A stretch of 64,000 bases of DNA from Candidatus Falkowbacteria bacterium (GCA_013336275.1 JAAXUA010000001.1:14167-78166); one strand, 5' to 3'; positions 50,842-61,319 are shown, counted from the first letter of the stretch. The notes: generated by a model from the sequence alone, not told the origin. Numbers and translations are program-made.

Positions 50842-52090
50842 GCTTCTGCTAACGATTATTGCCTTGGCCTTCATCATCCGCTTGGTGCCGATGTTCTTTT
50901 TGAGCTATCCGGTGGAAAATGATGCACCGCAATACCGCGACCTCGGCATCAGTTTGGCCGAGCATCTGCAGTATTCCAGGGATGGCATCAACCCATCCAT
51001 CGAACGCCCACCGGGCTATCCGGTATTCCTGGCGGTCTTATATAAGTTTTTCGGACAAGGCAAACAGATGGTGATTTTTTTCCAGGTGCTCTTAAGCACG
51101 CTGACAGTGTGGCTGACTTTCTGGCTCTCACGCCTTTTGACCGGTAAAGACAAGACCGCTCTTTGGGCAGCTGCCCTCGTGGCCCTCTATCCGCTATTCA
51201 TCTATTATAATCTGTTTCTTTATTCGGAAACTTATGCCGTGGTCCTGTTTCTTTTGTCTCTGATATTCCTATTGAAAGGTGCCAAATCTAATGATCGTCG
51301 GATGTTCTTCTGGAGCGGCTTGGCTTTCGTATTTTTCTTTTTGACCAAACCGATTTTCGCGCCAGCTGGAGCATTATACGTTGCCTTCGTTTGGCTGGCG
51401 TTACCCAGAGGGGCGGCACTGAAGAGTTTGGCATTATTCATGCTGCCGATAGTTTTGGTTTGGGGGGCGTGGATCGGGCGCAACTACAAGGCCTTCGGCA
51501 CGCCGCTGCCTTTCGGCGTCGGACTCGGTCCGGTGCTGTTCGGCGGCAATTATCCCGAATTCAAAGCCGTCTGGCCGGGGTACGATGTCGTTACCAAGAT
51601 CGCTCCGCCTGGAAACATGAGCCAGATCGAGTATGACGCATATCTCAAAAGCCTGGCCTTCAAATCGATCAAGGAAAATCCCGGCACGACCGCCAAGCTG
51701 TTCGCGTATAAGGCAGGCAAATTCCTTTCCACTGTCAGAGACTTCAAGGAGATGGTGATGTTTCGCGGAGGCAGCAAGAATGCCTTTTTGCTCGATGTCG
51801 TTTTTCCGATATTATTCCAAGCGTATAAGTATAGCAAGATAATCCTGTCCCTCCTGTTCCTGGCCGGTTCCGCTCTGGTTTTGCGGCGCTTCAAGGACAA
51901 GGAAAGCCACCCGATGATTCTGGTGGCCACGGTTTCAGCTTTCAGCTTATTGGCCCATTCCATGCTTTATGTCGACGAGCGCTACCATTTGACAACCTTC
52001 CCATTACATGTGATTTTAGCTATATATGCCTTTGAATTAATCAGGAATAAATACAAGAATGAAACTATCAATACTGATCCCAGCGTTTAA
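50831..52090 (+). CDS. GT-C membrane glycosyltransferase (ArnT/PMT_2-like)
   Basis: YPVENDAPQYRDLG first-loop motif and more than 10 TM segments. Confidence 0.7.
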   Translation: MKNKLLLTIIALAFIIRLVPMFFLSYPVENDAPQYRDLGISLAEHLQYSRDGINPSIERPPGYPVFLAVLYKFFGQGKQMVIFFQVLLSTLTVWLTFWLSRLLTGKDKTALWAAALVALYPLFIYYNLFLYSETYAVVLFLLSLIFLLKGAKSNDRRMFFWSGLAFVFFFLTKPIFAPAGALYVAFVWLALPRGAALKSLALFMLPIVLVWGAWIGRNYKAFGTPLPFGVGLGPVLFGGNYPEFKAVWPGYDVVTKIAPPGNMSQIEYDAYLKSLAFKSIKENPGTTAKLFAYKAGKFLSTVRDFKEMVMFRGGSKNAFLLDVVFPILFQAYKYSKIILSLLFLAGSALVLRRFKDKESHPMILVATVSAFSLLAHSMLYVDERYHLTTFPLHVILAIYAFELIRNKYKNETINTDPSV

Positions 52091-52748
52091 CGAAAAAACG
52101 ACCATATTGGAGCTTTTGGCCAAGGTGGAAGCCGTTGACTTGTCATCGCTTGGCGTCGAGAAGGAAATCGTGATTATCGACGATTTTTCGACAGACGGTA
52201 CCAGGGAAATGATCAAGGACTACCCCGGCGAAGCGGTAAAGATATTCCATGACAAGAATTACGGCAAAGGCCATGCTATCAGGAGCGGCATCGCGCAGAT
52301 GACGGGCGACATCGCCATAATCCAGGATGCCGACCTGGAATACGACCCGAACGATTACTACAAGCTGGTCAAGCCGATAATAGATGGCGAAGCCGCCGTG
52401 GTCTATGGCTCAAGGTACCTGAACAAGAATCAGAAGGGCGGCGCTTTTTATTACTTCGGCGGCCGTATGCTGAGCGTGATGGCTAATCTCCTGTATGGAC
52501 TGAAAATTACGGACGAGCCGACGTGCTACAAAGTTTTCAAGGCCGACCTTTTGAAGAGTATTGATCTGAAGTGCGAGAAGTTCGAATTCTGCCCTGAGGT
52601 AACTGCCAAAGTCGCACGCCAGGGTCACAAGATACTTGAGGTGCCTATTAATTATTATCCCAGGTCCGTTGATGAAGGCAAGAAGATCAAGCTGCATGAC
52701 GGCCTTGAGGCGATCTGGGTCTTGATAAAATATCGATTCATTAAGTAG
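52059..52748 (+). CDS. GT2 polyprenol-phosphate glycosyltransferase-like enzyme
   Basis: LSILIPAFNE, IIDDFSTDGT, IQDADLEYDP. Paralog of 58376-59071. Confidence 0.85.
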   Translation: MKLSILIPAFNEKTTILELLAKVEAVDLSSLGVEKEIVIIDDFSTDGTREMIKDYPGEAVKIFHDKNYGKGHAIRSGIAQMTGDIAIIQDADLEYDPNDYYKLVKPIIDGEAAVVYGSRYLNKNQKGGAFYYFGGRMLSVMANLLYGLKITDEPTCYKVFKADLLKSIDLKCEKFEFCPEVTAKVARQGHKILEVPINYYPRSVDEGKKIKLHDGLEAIWVLIKYRFIK

Positions 52749-52762
52749 CGAACATCAATAAT

Positions 52763-53419
52763 ATGAAGCCGAGTGAAAGAGAAGACAATTTATATTCATC
52801 AGGTAAGACGACCCAGGTCGAGCGAGAGGAGCGGTTGATGCTGGATATGTTGGGCAAGGGCAATGGGCGGCTGCTCGACATCGGCTGCGGTGAAGGCAGC
52901 ATATCCATGAAGTTGAAAGAAATGGGATACGCGGTCGTCGGAATAGATTTTTCCCAGGTCGGTGTCGATTTGGCCAGGCAGAAGGGAATCGATGCCCGAC
53001 AGGTCGATGTCGATGGCGGATTGCCGTTCAGCGATGCCGAGTATGATGCAGTGTGGATGGGGGATATCCTGGAGCACGTTTTCGACCCGATCCAACTGCT
53101 GGCCGAATCCCGAAGGGTGATTAATGATGGCGGCAGCGTCTATCTGACCACGCCTAACGACATGTGGATTCTGACCAGGATCAAGGCGCTGTTCGGCTAC
53201 TCTCCGCAATCCAGTATTTATAGGGCCTGCAGGCAATGCAAGCATCACTCGGTGATGAGTTTGGAGCTGCTTGATTATTTCATCGCCGAGGCCGGACTGA
53301 AGCTCGGTGATTTCCATGCCGACTGCCAGATCCCGAAGACCGGCATCAGATTTTATACCAAAAGCAGATTCGTCGCCTCGCTATTCGGACGCGTTTTCGT
53401 AGTGAGGTTATCAAAATAA
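52763..53419 (+). CDS. Class I SAM-dependent methyltransferase
   Basis: LLDIGCGEGS, YDAVWMGDILEHV. Confidence 0.8.
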   Translation: MKPSEREDNLYSSGKTTQVEREERLMLDMLGKGNGRLLDIGCGEGSISMKLKEMGYAVVGIDFSQVGVDLARQKGIDARQVDVDGGLPFSDAEYDAVWMGDILEHVFDPIQLLAESRRVINDGGSVYLTTPNDMWILTRIKALFGYSPQSSIYRACRQCKHHSVMSLELLDYFIAEAGLKLGDFHADCQIPKTGIRFYTKSRFVASLFGRVFVVRLSK

Positions 53420-53423
53420 ACAA

Positions 53424-54938
53424 ATGGGCGTCGACAACCTGAAAAGCAAATTATTCCTCGGCTCAGCCTATCAGTACTCCGCAATAATTGTCGGTGCTTT
53501 TTTCGGCTTTTTAACAATAGCTTTGCTCGTCAGGAAGCTGTCTTTGGAAGATTTCGGTTTTTACAATTTCGTCGGCAGCTTCATCCTTTTTGTCGACATC
53601 GCCACCTCATTCGGCCTGGTTTCGGTCGTTCAGCGGTACTTGCCTGAATATCGTGCCAAAAAGGATGCCGGATTCCAGAAAAAGATCATCACTTCGGCCC
53701 TAGCCAGCCGTCTTGTCGCGATAATCGTTTTCGGTGCGGCATTTTTCTTCCTTAGAGATTATGTGATTGATTTTTTCAAGTTGCCGGAATACTTCAACGG
53801 CCTGCTGCCGCTGATACTTTTGCTGATTCTATTCAAGCTGCAATCGCAGATCGTGGGCGATGCGGCCTTGGTATCGATATTCGAGAATAAGTTTTTCGGC
53901 CTGGTCAAGAATTTTTATAACGTTTTCAAGTTCGCGCTTTTCTATCTGTCGTTGAGATCAGGTTACGGCATAACCGGAGTCCTGTATGTTTGGTGTTTCA
54001 TGGAGTTAGCCGCGCTGTTGCTCTACTCTTACAAGATTAGGACAAGCGTTTACTCTTTACCCGAGAATGGCAGCACCGAAGCCTTGCCGTATCGCCGGTT
54101 CTTCAATTTCGGCGTGCAGTTGTGGATCCATAATATCTTGTACCTCTTCCGCGACCGGGTTGCTGATGTCTTTATCATCTCATACTTCTGGGGACAGGCG
54201 GAGGTGGGGCTTTATTCTTTGGCCTTCGGAATTCCGCTGACTGTTTTCGCCTTTTCTCCTGGCAACGTGCTGCGTTCGATCTCTATCAGTTTCCTGACGC
54301 ACAAGTATTCCTTGGACCATGACAAGTCGACCGTAAATCATTTTTTCCAGATAATAAACAAGGTGACGTTCTTCACCATCTGGCCGGTTCTGGTAATCTT
54401 CGCAGTCTTGGCAGAGGAGATAATGACGATCGTTTTCAGATCGGGCCACCCCGGGATAGTCGGCTGGTTCGCGGTTTCCGCTGGCTTCGCTTTCATTGCC
54501 CAATTCTTGTCAGCCTTTTCAGTCGTGCTTTATACTATCGAGGAGTCGAAAATCGCTTTGCGGGCCTCGACCTTTTATCTTTATAACCTCCTGATGGACC
54601 TGCTGCTCGTGCCTCGCTTCGGTTATGGTGGCGCCATCTTGGCGACCGGGACTACCAGTATCCTGCTGATACCTTATTATCTCCTCACCTTCAAGCGCTT
54701 CGGTTTGGAGCTGCGCTATCCTTGGAAAGCATTTCTGGTCATGGTCCTGAACTCTGTGCCGATGATTCTCGTCTTGTACCTCGCCAGCAGCCATGTCAAA
54801 AGCATTGCGCAGTTAGGATTGATTTCACTCGTTTCATTTTCGGTCTATTTGTTCGCATCATATTGTAACAAAGCTTTTGATGAGAGCGATAGGAATTTTA
54901 TCAACGAGGCTATGGGCAGGAAAGTTTGGAATTTCTAA
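53424..54938 (+). CDS. Polysaccharide/oligosaccharide flippase (MOP/Wzx-like)
   Basis: A ~14-TM protein of typical Wzx size, located in a glycan cluster. Confidence 0.75.
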   Translation: MGVDNLKSKLFLGSAYQYSAIIVGAFFGFLTIALLVRKLSLEDFGFYNFVGSFILFVDIATSFGLVSVVQRYLPEYRAKKDAGFQKKIITSALASRLVAIIVFGAAFFFLRDYVIDFFKLPEYFNGLLPLILLLILFKLQSQIVGDAALVSIFENKFFGLVKNFYNVFKFALFYLSLRSGYGITGVLYVWCFMELAALLLYSYKIRTSVYSLPENGSTEALPYRRFFNFGVQLWIHNILYLFRDRVADVFIISYFWGQAEVGLYSLAFGIPLTVFAFSPGNVLRSISISFLTHKYSLDHDKSTVNHFFQIINKVTFFTIWPVLVIFAVLAEEIMTIVFRSGHPGIVGWFAVSAGFAFIAQFLSAFSVVLYTIEESKIALRASTFYLYNLLMDLLLVPRFGYGGAILATGTTSILLIPYYLLTFKRFGLELRYPWKAFLVMVLNSVPMILVLYLASSHVKSIAQLGLISLVSFSVYLFASYCNKAFDESDRNFINEAMGRKVWNF

Positions 54939-54947
54939 AATAACCAC

Positions 54948-55532
54948 ATGACAAGAAGCGAACTCAAAAAAGAAATCGAGGGCGACCTGTATCGCTATTA
55001 CGGCAAGACGGGCATGGCGGCTTTTTTCAAGGCCTATTTCGCTATTCCTGGTTTCAGGTTTTCTTATCGATTGCGGAAGTGCAGCTACTATTTCAAGAAC
55101 GGCAGCCTGTTGTCCAAACCGCTTTATGCCTGCAATTGGCTTAAGCTGCGCGGGCTTAAGTACAGGTTCGGCTTCGATATCTCCGAAAAGACTGAAATCG
55201 GCAAAGGCCTGTATTTGGGGCATTTCGGTGGGGTGGTTATAAATCCAAAAGCCGTAATCGGCAAGAATGTCAGCATCGGCCATGGCGTGACGCTAGGCAA
55301 GGTTCAGCGAGGCGCCAAAATCGGATATCCGACCATAGGCGATGGCGCTTGGATCGGGCCGAACGCTGTAATCGTCGGAGGTATAACGGTAGGACGGAAT
55401 ACTTTGATCGGGCCAGGGGCTTATGTCAATTTCGATGTCCCGGAAAACTCGGTCGTTATCGGCAACCCGGGTCAGATAGTCTCCGACAAAGGAGCTTATC
55501 CGGATTACGCCTCTAATCTCGTAACTGACTAA
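54948..55532 (+). CDS. Hexapeptide-repeat O-acetyltransferase (CysE/WcaB-like)
   Basis: Left-handed beta-helix repeats (IGKNVSIGHGVTLG..IGDGAWIGPNAVIVGGITVG). Confidence 0.8.
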   Translation: MTRSELKKEIEGDLYRYYGKTGMAAFFKAYFAIPGFRFSYRLRKCSYYFKNGSLLSKPLYACNWLKLRGLKYRFGFDISEKTEIGKGLYLGHFGGVVINPKAVIGKNVSIGHGVTLGKVQRGAKIGYPTIGDGAWIGPNAVIVGGITVGRNTLIGPGAYVNFDVPENSVVIGNPGQIVSDKGAYPDYASNLVTD

Positions 55533-55533
55533 T

Positions 55534-56637
55534 ATGAAACTGGCCTTATTTTTCACCAATGGCGTATCCTTGAAGACCTGGGAAAAGGTCGGGATGTTCG
55601 ATCGCGAGGTCAAGCCCTACAACCGCCTGGCCGAGAGCTTCGAAAAGATATATTTCGTGACCTATGGGCAAGAAGACGCGATGTATTCCGGCAAGTTCAA
55701 GAGCAATATCGTAATCCTGCCCAAGAAATTGAATATTCCTGATAAGATTTACAGCCTGGTTCTGCCTTGGGTCTACCGCAAGGAGCTTAAGGATGCTGAT
55801 ATCTACAAGACCAATCAGATGCAGGGGGCCTGGTCGGCCATCATCGCTCGCTATCTTTTCGGCAAGAAAGCGGTGGTGCGTTGCGGCTACCAGTGGTCGC
55901 AAGCCTCGATCGGTTGGAAAATAGGACCCATCAAAAAAGTCTTGATATATCTGCTAGAGCTCATAAGCTATCGATTGGCTGATAAGGTTTTTGTGACCAC
56001 TGGTTTAGCTCGGGATTACGCGGTTAAAAGATATAAGTTAAAAGAAGGGAAGATCAAGGTCGTGCCGAATTATATCGATGTCGACCTTTTCAAGCCGCTC
56101 GGCTTAGCCAAGCAGCCTCGCAGCATGATTTTTATCGGCCGGCTCGAGAAGGAGAAGAACCTGCTCAATCTTCTTGAGGCTCTGGAGGGGCTGGATGTGG
56201 AATTGGATATCTATGGCAAGGGTGTTCTAAGGGAGAAATTGGAGAGCGTGGCTAAGGAGAAGAATCTGCGAGTCAATCTCAAGGGCAACCTGGCCAATAA
56301 TCTGTTGCCCGAAGAAATCAATCGCCATGAGATATTCATATTGCCTTCATTATATGAAGGCAATCCCAAGGTTCTACTCGAGGCTATGGCTTGCGGTTCG
56401 GCGGTGATCGGCGCCAGGGTTCAGGGCATAGAGAACTTGATCGATCATGGACGGAACGGCCTGTTGTGCGAGACGGATTCCGCTTCAATCCGCCAGTCGG
56501 TTATCGAAATGCTTGGTGATGAGACGCGGCGACAGCAGATGGGTGCGGAAGCAGCCAAGTTCATTTCGGAAAACAACGCCCTTGATGTCATCCTGAAAAG
56601 CGAGCTGACAGAATATAATCTATTATTACAAAAATAA
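55534..56637 (+). CDS. Glycosyltransferase family 4
   Basis: EGNPKVLLEAMACGSAVIGARVQGIENLI. Confidence 0.85.
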   Translation: MKLALFFTNGVSLKTWEKVGMFDREVKPYNRLAESFEKIYFVTYGQEDAMYSGKFKSNIVILPKKLNIPDKIYSLVLPWVYRKELKDADIYKTNQMQGAWSAIIARYLFGKKAVVRCGYQWSQASIGWKIGPIKKVLIYLLELISYRLADKVFVTTGLARDYAVKRYKLKEGKIKVVPNYIDVDLFKPLGLAKQPRSMIFIGRLEKEKNLLNLLEALEGLDVELDIYGKGVLREKLESVAKEKNLRVNLKGNLANNLLPEEINRHEIFILPSLYEGNPKVLLEAMACGSAVIGARVQGIENLIDHGRNGLLCETDSASIRQSVIEMLGDETRRQQMGAEAAKFISENNALDVILKSELTEYNLLLQK

Positions 56638-57429
56638 ATGGTTTATTTCGACAAAAAAAATAACCGGCTGGTTATGGTCGAGAATCGCGCCGATTCCGAT
56701 TATTGGGACAGCCATTGGGAAACCAGTCAACTGGAGAATAAGATAAAAGAGGGTTTGAGGAACCGCATCGTCAAGAAAAACACCAAAAGATTCCTGCCGT
56801 CCGGCGGCCGCATCATCGAGGGCGGCTGCGGCATCGGCCAGCTGGTCTACGCGCTCGGAGAGTGGGGCTATGATGCTTACGGCGTCGATTATGCCGAAAA
56901 GACCATCAAGAAAACCAAGGAGCTGATGCCGGAATTGAAGATCGAAATCCAAGACGTCAAGAAGATGGGTTTTGCGGACAGTTTCTTTGACGGATATTGG
57001 TCACTCGGGGTGATCGAGCATTTTTATGACGGCTTCGATGATATAATTTCCGAGGCGGCCAGGGTGGTCAAGCCGGGTGGGTATCTTTTTCTGACTTTCC
57101 CGCACATGTCCTTGCTCAGGAAAATCAAGATCAAGTTCGGCGGCTACCGTGCACTGCCGGATATCTTTGAGAAAGAGAGTTTCTATCAGTTCATGCTGGA
57201 CGGGCGGTCGGTCCAGACCAAAGTCGAGAAACACGGCTTCGAGCTGGTGATGCGGCAGAATTACGGAGCGATCAAGGGCATCAAGGACGAAGTTCCGGCG
57301 CTCAAGGTCTTCTTGCAAAAAGTGCATGATGGCAACGATCTCGTCTCGAAAATAATCAGGCGGCTTATCGCCTTGCTGTTCGATCGTTCGGCCGGACACA
57401 TCACCCTTTTAGTTTTCAAAAGGAAATAA
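56638..57429 (+). CDS. Class I SAM-dependent methyltransferase
   Basis: IIEGGCGIGQL, FDGYWSLGVIEHF, VKPGGYLFLT. Confidence 0.8.
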   Translation: MVYFDKKNNRLVMVENRADSDYWDSHWETSQLENKIKEGLRNRIVKKNTKRFLPSGGRIIEGGCGIGQLVYALGEWGYDAYGVDYAEKTIKKTKELMPELKIEIQDVKKMGFADSFFDGYWSLGVIEHFYDGFDDIISEAARVVKPGGYLFLTFPHMSLLRKIKIKFGGYRALPDIFEKESFYQFMLDGRSVQTKVEKHGFELVMRQNYGAIKGIKDEVPALKVFLQKVHDGNDLVSKIIRRLIALLFDRSAGHITLLVFKRK

Positions 57430-57468
57430 GATTCTTGGAAAATTTTATTGGTAAGCAATCTTCGTTGG

Positions 57469-57540
57469 TCCGGCTTCCGGCATGGCTTTTCCTGCTTAGA
57501 CGAGTACGTATGCGCTATAAAAACCATGCCGGAAGCCGGA
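57469..57540. repeat. Long hairpin element, copy 2
   Basis: 17-bp perfect stem TCCGGCTTCCGGCATGG/CCATGCCGGAAGCCGGA plus T4/A4 (one bulged C), enclosing the same core as 674-710. Confidence 0.6.
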
Positions 57541-57576
57541 TTAGCTCAGGGGATTATTAAAATATTATAAAATAAT

Positions 57577-58371
57577 ATGCCCAAGGTAAGCGTCATCATG
57601 AGCGTCTATAACGAAAGCCGGCACCTGTCTCAGGCGATCGAGAGCATTTTGACGCAGGATTTCAGGGATTTTGAGTTTCTGATTTTCAATGACGGCTCGA
57701 CTGATGACTCGGGAAAGGTGATCAAGCAATACGCCGACAAAGATCAGCGCATAAGATATAGCGAACAGGGAAACATCGGCCTGACCAAGACCCTGAACCG
57801 GGCGTTGGCTCAAGCTGAAGGCGAATATATCGCCCGGATGGATGCCGATGACGTTTCGCTTCCTGGAAGGCTCTCCCGCGAGGTCGAATATCTGGACAAA
57901 CACCCCGAAACCGCCGTTGTTTCCGTCTTTGCCGACGTCATCGATGACCAAGGTGAAAGGATAGGCGAACATCGTCCAGGCCTTTCCGATAAGGAGGTCA
58001 GAAGCTTGATCTTGTTTTCCAACCAAATCAACCACCCAGCGGTCATGTTCCGCAAGAGCGTGGTTGGACAGGTGGGCGGCTATGACGAGCGATATACCTA
58101 TGCCCAAGATCTCGACTTGTGGCTTCGCGTCATGGAGAAGCACCAAGTCTGCAATTTGCCTGAGGTTTTGCTGCTTTGGCGCAAATCCGACAAGGCTCTA
58201 GGCGTCAAGCATTATGAAAGGCAGAAATATTTCGCCCGCAAGGCCCGCTTGGCCGCCATCAGGCGCGGGCAGTATCCGGCGTATATGGCCATTGCCGTCT
58301 ATTGGCTGGACTTGAGGCGATTCGTGCCGGAAGGCGTTAAGAATTTTTTTAAAAAAATAGTATCGAAGTAG
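57577..58371 (+). CDS. GT2 glycosyltransferase
   Basis: VSVIMSVYNE, IFNDGSTDDS, RMDADDVS. Confidence 0.9.
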   Translation: MPKVSVIMSVYNESRHLSQAIESILTQDFRDFEFLIFNDGSTDDSGKVIKQYADKDQRIRYSEQGNIGLTKTLNRALAQAEGEYIARMDADDVSLPGRLSREVEYLDKHPETAVVSVFADVIDDQGERIGEHRPGLSDKEVRSLILFSNQINHPAVMFRKSVVGQVGGYDERYTYAQDLDLWLRVMEKHQVCNLPEVLLLWRKSDKALGVKHYERQKYFARKARLAAIRRGQYPAYMAIAVYWLDLRRFVPEGVKNFFKKIVSK

Positions 58372-58375
58372 CTTT

Positions 58376-59071
58376 ATGAAACTATCAATCATCATCACCT
58401 GTTACAACGAAGCCCGGACGATCAGGGAAAATCTGAGCAAGGTTGAAGCCGCCAGCTTGCCCGAAGGCACGGAAAAGGAAATAATCATCGTCGACGATTG
58501 TTCGACTGATGGATCGAAGGACATGCTGAAGCCGATCGAGGAGCGCCATCGGGTCATCTATCATGAGAAGAATACCGGCAAGGGCGGAGCGATCCGTACC
58601 GGCTTGGCTGTCGCCAGCGGTGATTATATCGTCATCCAGGACGCCGACTTGGAACTCGACCCCAACGATCTCCAATCTTTGATGAAACCCCTCCTCGAAG
58701 GCAAGGCTGACCTGGTTTTGGGATCGAGATTTTTGGACCGGCCGATGAATTTTTATAACAAGAGTTATCTGAAGTATTTTTTGGCCAATCGCGGCATCAC
58801 TACGGCCTTTAATTTCCTATATTTTATCTGGTTGACTGACGTGAACTGCGGCTACAAGATGTTTATCTCTAAGATTGGCAAAAATTTGACATTCGAGGCC
58901 AATAGCTTCGATATCGAGGTGGAGATTCTTGCTAAAGTCATTAAAGGCGGTTATCATATTAAAGAGGTTCCGGTGTCTTATAATCCTAGGAATCTGGAAG
59001 AAGGCAAGAAAATCAGGCTCAAGCATGCCTTCATGATGCTGAGCCGGATGCTCAAATGCCGATTTAATTAA
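58376..59071 (+). CDS. GT2 polyprenol-phosphate glycosyltransferase-like enzyme
   Basis: LSIIITCYNE, IVDDCSTDGS, IQDADLELDP. Paralog of 52059-52748. Confidence 0.85.
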   Translation: MKLSIIITCYNEARTIRENLSKVEAASLPEGTEKEIIIVDDCSTDGSKDMLKPIEERHRVIYHEKNTGKGGAIRTGLAVASGDYIVIQDADLELDPNDLQSLMKPLLEGKADLVLGSRFLDRPMNFYNKSYLKYFLANRGITTAFNFLYFIWLTDVNCGYKMFISKIGKNLTFEANSFDIEVEILAKVIKGGYHIKEVPVSYNPRNLEEGKKIRLKHAFMMLSRMLKCRFN

Positions 59072-59091
59072 AACCAATTAGGCTACTATTT

Positions 59092-60021
59092 ATGAAGATT
59101 CTAATCACAGGAGGACTGGGTTTCCAGGGATCTCACCTGACCAAGCATTTCTTAGACAAAGGACATGATGTTACGGTCCTGAATACCTACAGCGAACATT
59201 CGGAAAACCACTTGGATGCTTTAGCGGCTAAGCCGCGCGTGGTTTGGGGTAGCGTGACGGATAAAGAACTGGTGCGCAAGACGGTTCGCGATCATGATGT
59301 TATCTTTCACTTGGCCGCCAATATCAATGTCGATGAATCGATCAAGTTGCCTTACTCCTTCGTGGATGTGAATGTCTACGGCACGATGAATGTGCTGGAG
59401 GCGGTCAGGGAATTCGGCGGGCGCTTGATTTACGCCAGCACCTGCGAGGTTTATGGCGTTAACCCGGGGATGGATCTTCTGAACGAGGACGCCCCATTGA
59501 AGCCGCACAGCCCATATGCCGCCACCAAGGCCGCCGCTGACCGCCTGTGCTACGCTTATTTCAAGACTTACAATCTGGACGTCGCCGTAGTACGTCCTTT
59601 CAATATTTTCGGTGAAGGGCAGAAGGATGGCCAATTCGGCGCCTTGATTCCGATCATGGTCAGGCGCGCTTTGCATGGAGAAAATCTCCAAGTCTTCGGC
59701 AGCGGCTCGCAGACCAGGGATTACATGTATATCCAGGATCTGATTTCGGCTTACGACATGGTGATGGAGACGCAGAACTCGGCCGGACAGGTCTACAACT
59801 TCGGCACCGGCGTCGAGACCTCGGTCCGCGACATCGCCGAGTATATCGCCAAGAAAATGGGTGTGACCGTCGAATACACCAACTCCCGCCCGGGCGAGGT
59901 TTCCCGTTTCTGTGCCGACCTCACCAAAGCCAAGGGCCTGGGATTCACCGCCAAGTTCACCATCTGGGAGGGTATTGATAATTATATCGCTTGGAAGAAA
60001 GTCCAGAAGAACAAGGCCTAA
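59092..60021 (+). CDS. NAD-dependent nucleotide-sugar epimerase/dehydratase (SDR)
   Basis: ITGGLGFQGSHL, STCEVYG and YAATKAAAD (YxxxK). Confidence 0.9.
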   Translation: MKILITGGLGFQGSHLTKHFLDKGHDVTVLNTYSEHSENHLDALAAKPRVVWGSVTDKELVRKTVRDHDVIFHLAANINVDESIKLPYSFVDVNVYGTMNVLEAVREFGGRLIYASTCEVYGVNPGMDLLNEDAPLKPHSPYAATKAAADRLCYAYFKTYNLDVAVVRPFNIFGEGQKDGQFGALIPIMVRRALHGENLQVFGSGSQTRDYMYIQDLISAYDMVMETQNSAGQVYNFGTGVETSVRDIAEYIAKKMGVTVEYTNSRPGEVSRFCADLTKAKGLGFTAKFTIWEGIDNYIAWKKVQKNKA

Positions 60022-60034
60022 CCGTTGTCGTCTT

Positions 60035-61297
60035 ATGAAAAAACGGTATCTATTTTCGCTTTTTTTTCTCGCTATAGTTTTCCAATTCTTTTATAGCCTT
60101 TATTATCCGGCCAACCAGCCGGATAATCCTTGCCAACTCGGTTCCGAGTATTTTTTGGTCAAGGATCTAGAAAAGATAAAGAACGAATATAATGCCAGCA
60201 GCGGCGATCTTTCAAAGACCGATAAATTCTTCAAGACATTCCCGGATTATCGAGTCATCTGCGATTCTATGTCCTACGTGCTCCAGTCAAGGAATTGGCC
60301 GGAGTCATACAAAGAGCGCAGCCTGTACGTCGATCACCCGCTTTATGACATTTTCGCCACGCTGATACTCTCTCCTTATCGTCTTTTCGTTGGCGTGCCG
60401 AGTTATGCCATCGTCTTCGGTTCGCTGATCGCTGCGAATCTTTTGATGCTTTTCGCGGCTGTGTGGTTTTTCTATGAACTGACGGCAAGATTTTTCAGCA
60501 ACAAGGTCGCGGCCACCAGTTCGCTGCTTCTGATTTTTTCCCCCTTTGTCCACACGATGGTTACCCAGCCGACCAGTTCGGGTATGATGGAAATTTTTGT
60601 CGTAGCCGCCAGCTTGTGGCTGTTTTTCGATTACGCGAAGAAACCGAGTTGGAGAAAGCTAGCGGTGAATTCATTGCTTTTCGGCAGCTTGATGCTCGGG
60701 AAGCAGATATTCGCCCTATCGCTATTCTTTATCATCATCGCCCTTAAGCACAAGAAGATTAAAGAAGCGGCAGCCTTCATGTTCCTGCAGTTGGTACCCA
60801 CTGCCTTGTGGGCCATTTATGTCAAACTCGTTCTCGGAGTAAGTTTTTATTCGGCCAACGTCACCGGTTATGAGCAGGGATCGTGGTTTCTTAAAGTGAA
60901 GTATTGGGAGCTTTATAAGATGTCGAATATCGTGCTGAGCGCATTGCCCAACTTTACTATCACGTTGCTGTTCGGTTTCTTGGTTGTTCCTGTGGTCCTC
61001 TCGGTTTATGGTGTCTATAAGATGGAAGACAAGAAAAAAGCATTTTATTATTGGACTTTCTTGCTGTCTTTCTTGGCCCTGTTTTTCGCCATGAAATATT
61101 ATCGCCCGTCGCTTTCTTTCCTGGTTTATCCGGCGATCTATCCGACCGCCGTCTTGGGACTTGCAGAAGTCCGACGCTTGGCAGCCAAGCGTAGCGAACT
61201 GGCGGGCAAGGTCATTTATTATGGCATCTTAATCGCATTGATCTTTTTTTCCAGCCTCAATGTCTACAAGCTGGGGGTCTGGGATCTGGTCTTGTAA
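60035..61297 (+). CDS. Polytopic membrane protein (possible GT-C glycosyltransferase or polymerase)
   Basis: MKKRYLFSLFFLAIVF start and more than 10 TM segments. The track start at 59912 overlaps the upstream gene in another frame. Confidence 0.6.
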   Translation: MKKRYLFSLFFLAIVFQFFYSLYYPANQPDNPCQLGSEYFLVKDLEKIKNEYNASSGDLSKTDKFFKTFPDYRVICDSMSYVLQSRNWPESYKERSLYVDHPLYDIFATLILSPYRLFVGVPSYAIVFGSLIAANLLMLFAAVWFFYELTARFFSNKVAATSSLLLIFSPFVHTMVTQPTSSGMMEIFVVAASLWLFFDYAKKPSWRKLAVNSLLFGSLMLGKQIFALSLFFIIIALKHKKIKEAAAFMFLQLVPTALWAIYVKLVLGVSFYSANVTGYEQGSWFLKVKYWELYKMSNIVLSALPNFTITLLFGFLVVPVVLSVYGVYKMEDKKKAFYYWTFLLSFLALFFAMKYYRPSLSFLVYPAIYPTAVLGLAEVRRLAAKRSELAGKVIYYGILIALIFFSSLNVYKLGVWDLVL

Positions 61298-61319
61298 TAT
61301 AATTAACTAGAATAAAATA

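Noticed and set aside
57533-57560. GCCGGATTAGCTCAGGGG resembling a tRNA 5' half
   Set aside because: The D-stem is not closed (no GAGC) and no anticodon or T arm follows. It is at most a fragment, and it is mentioned only as context for the hairpin element.
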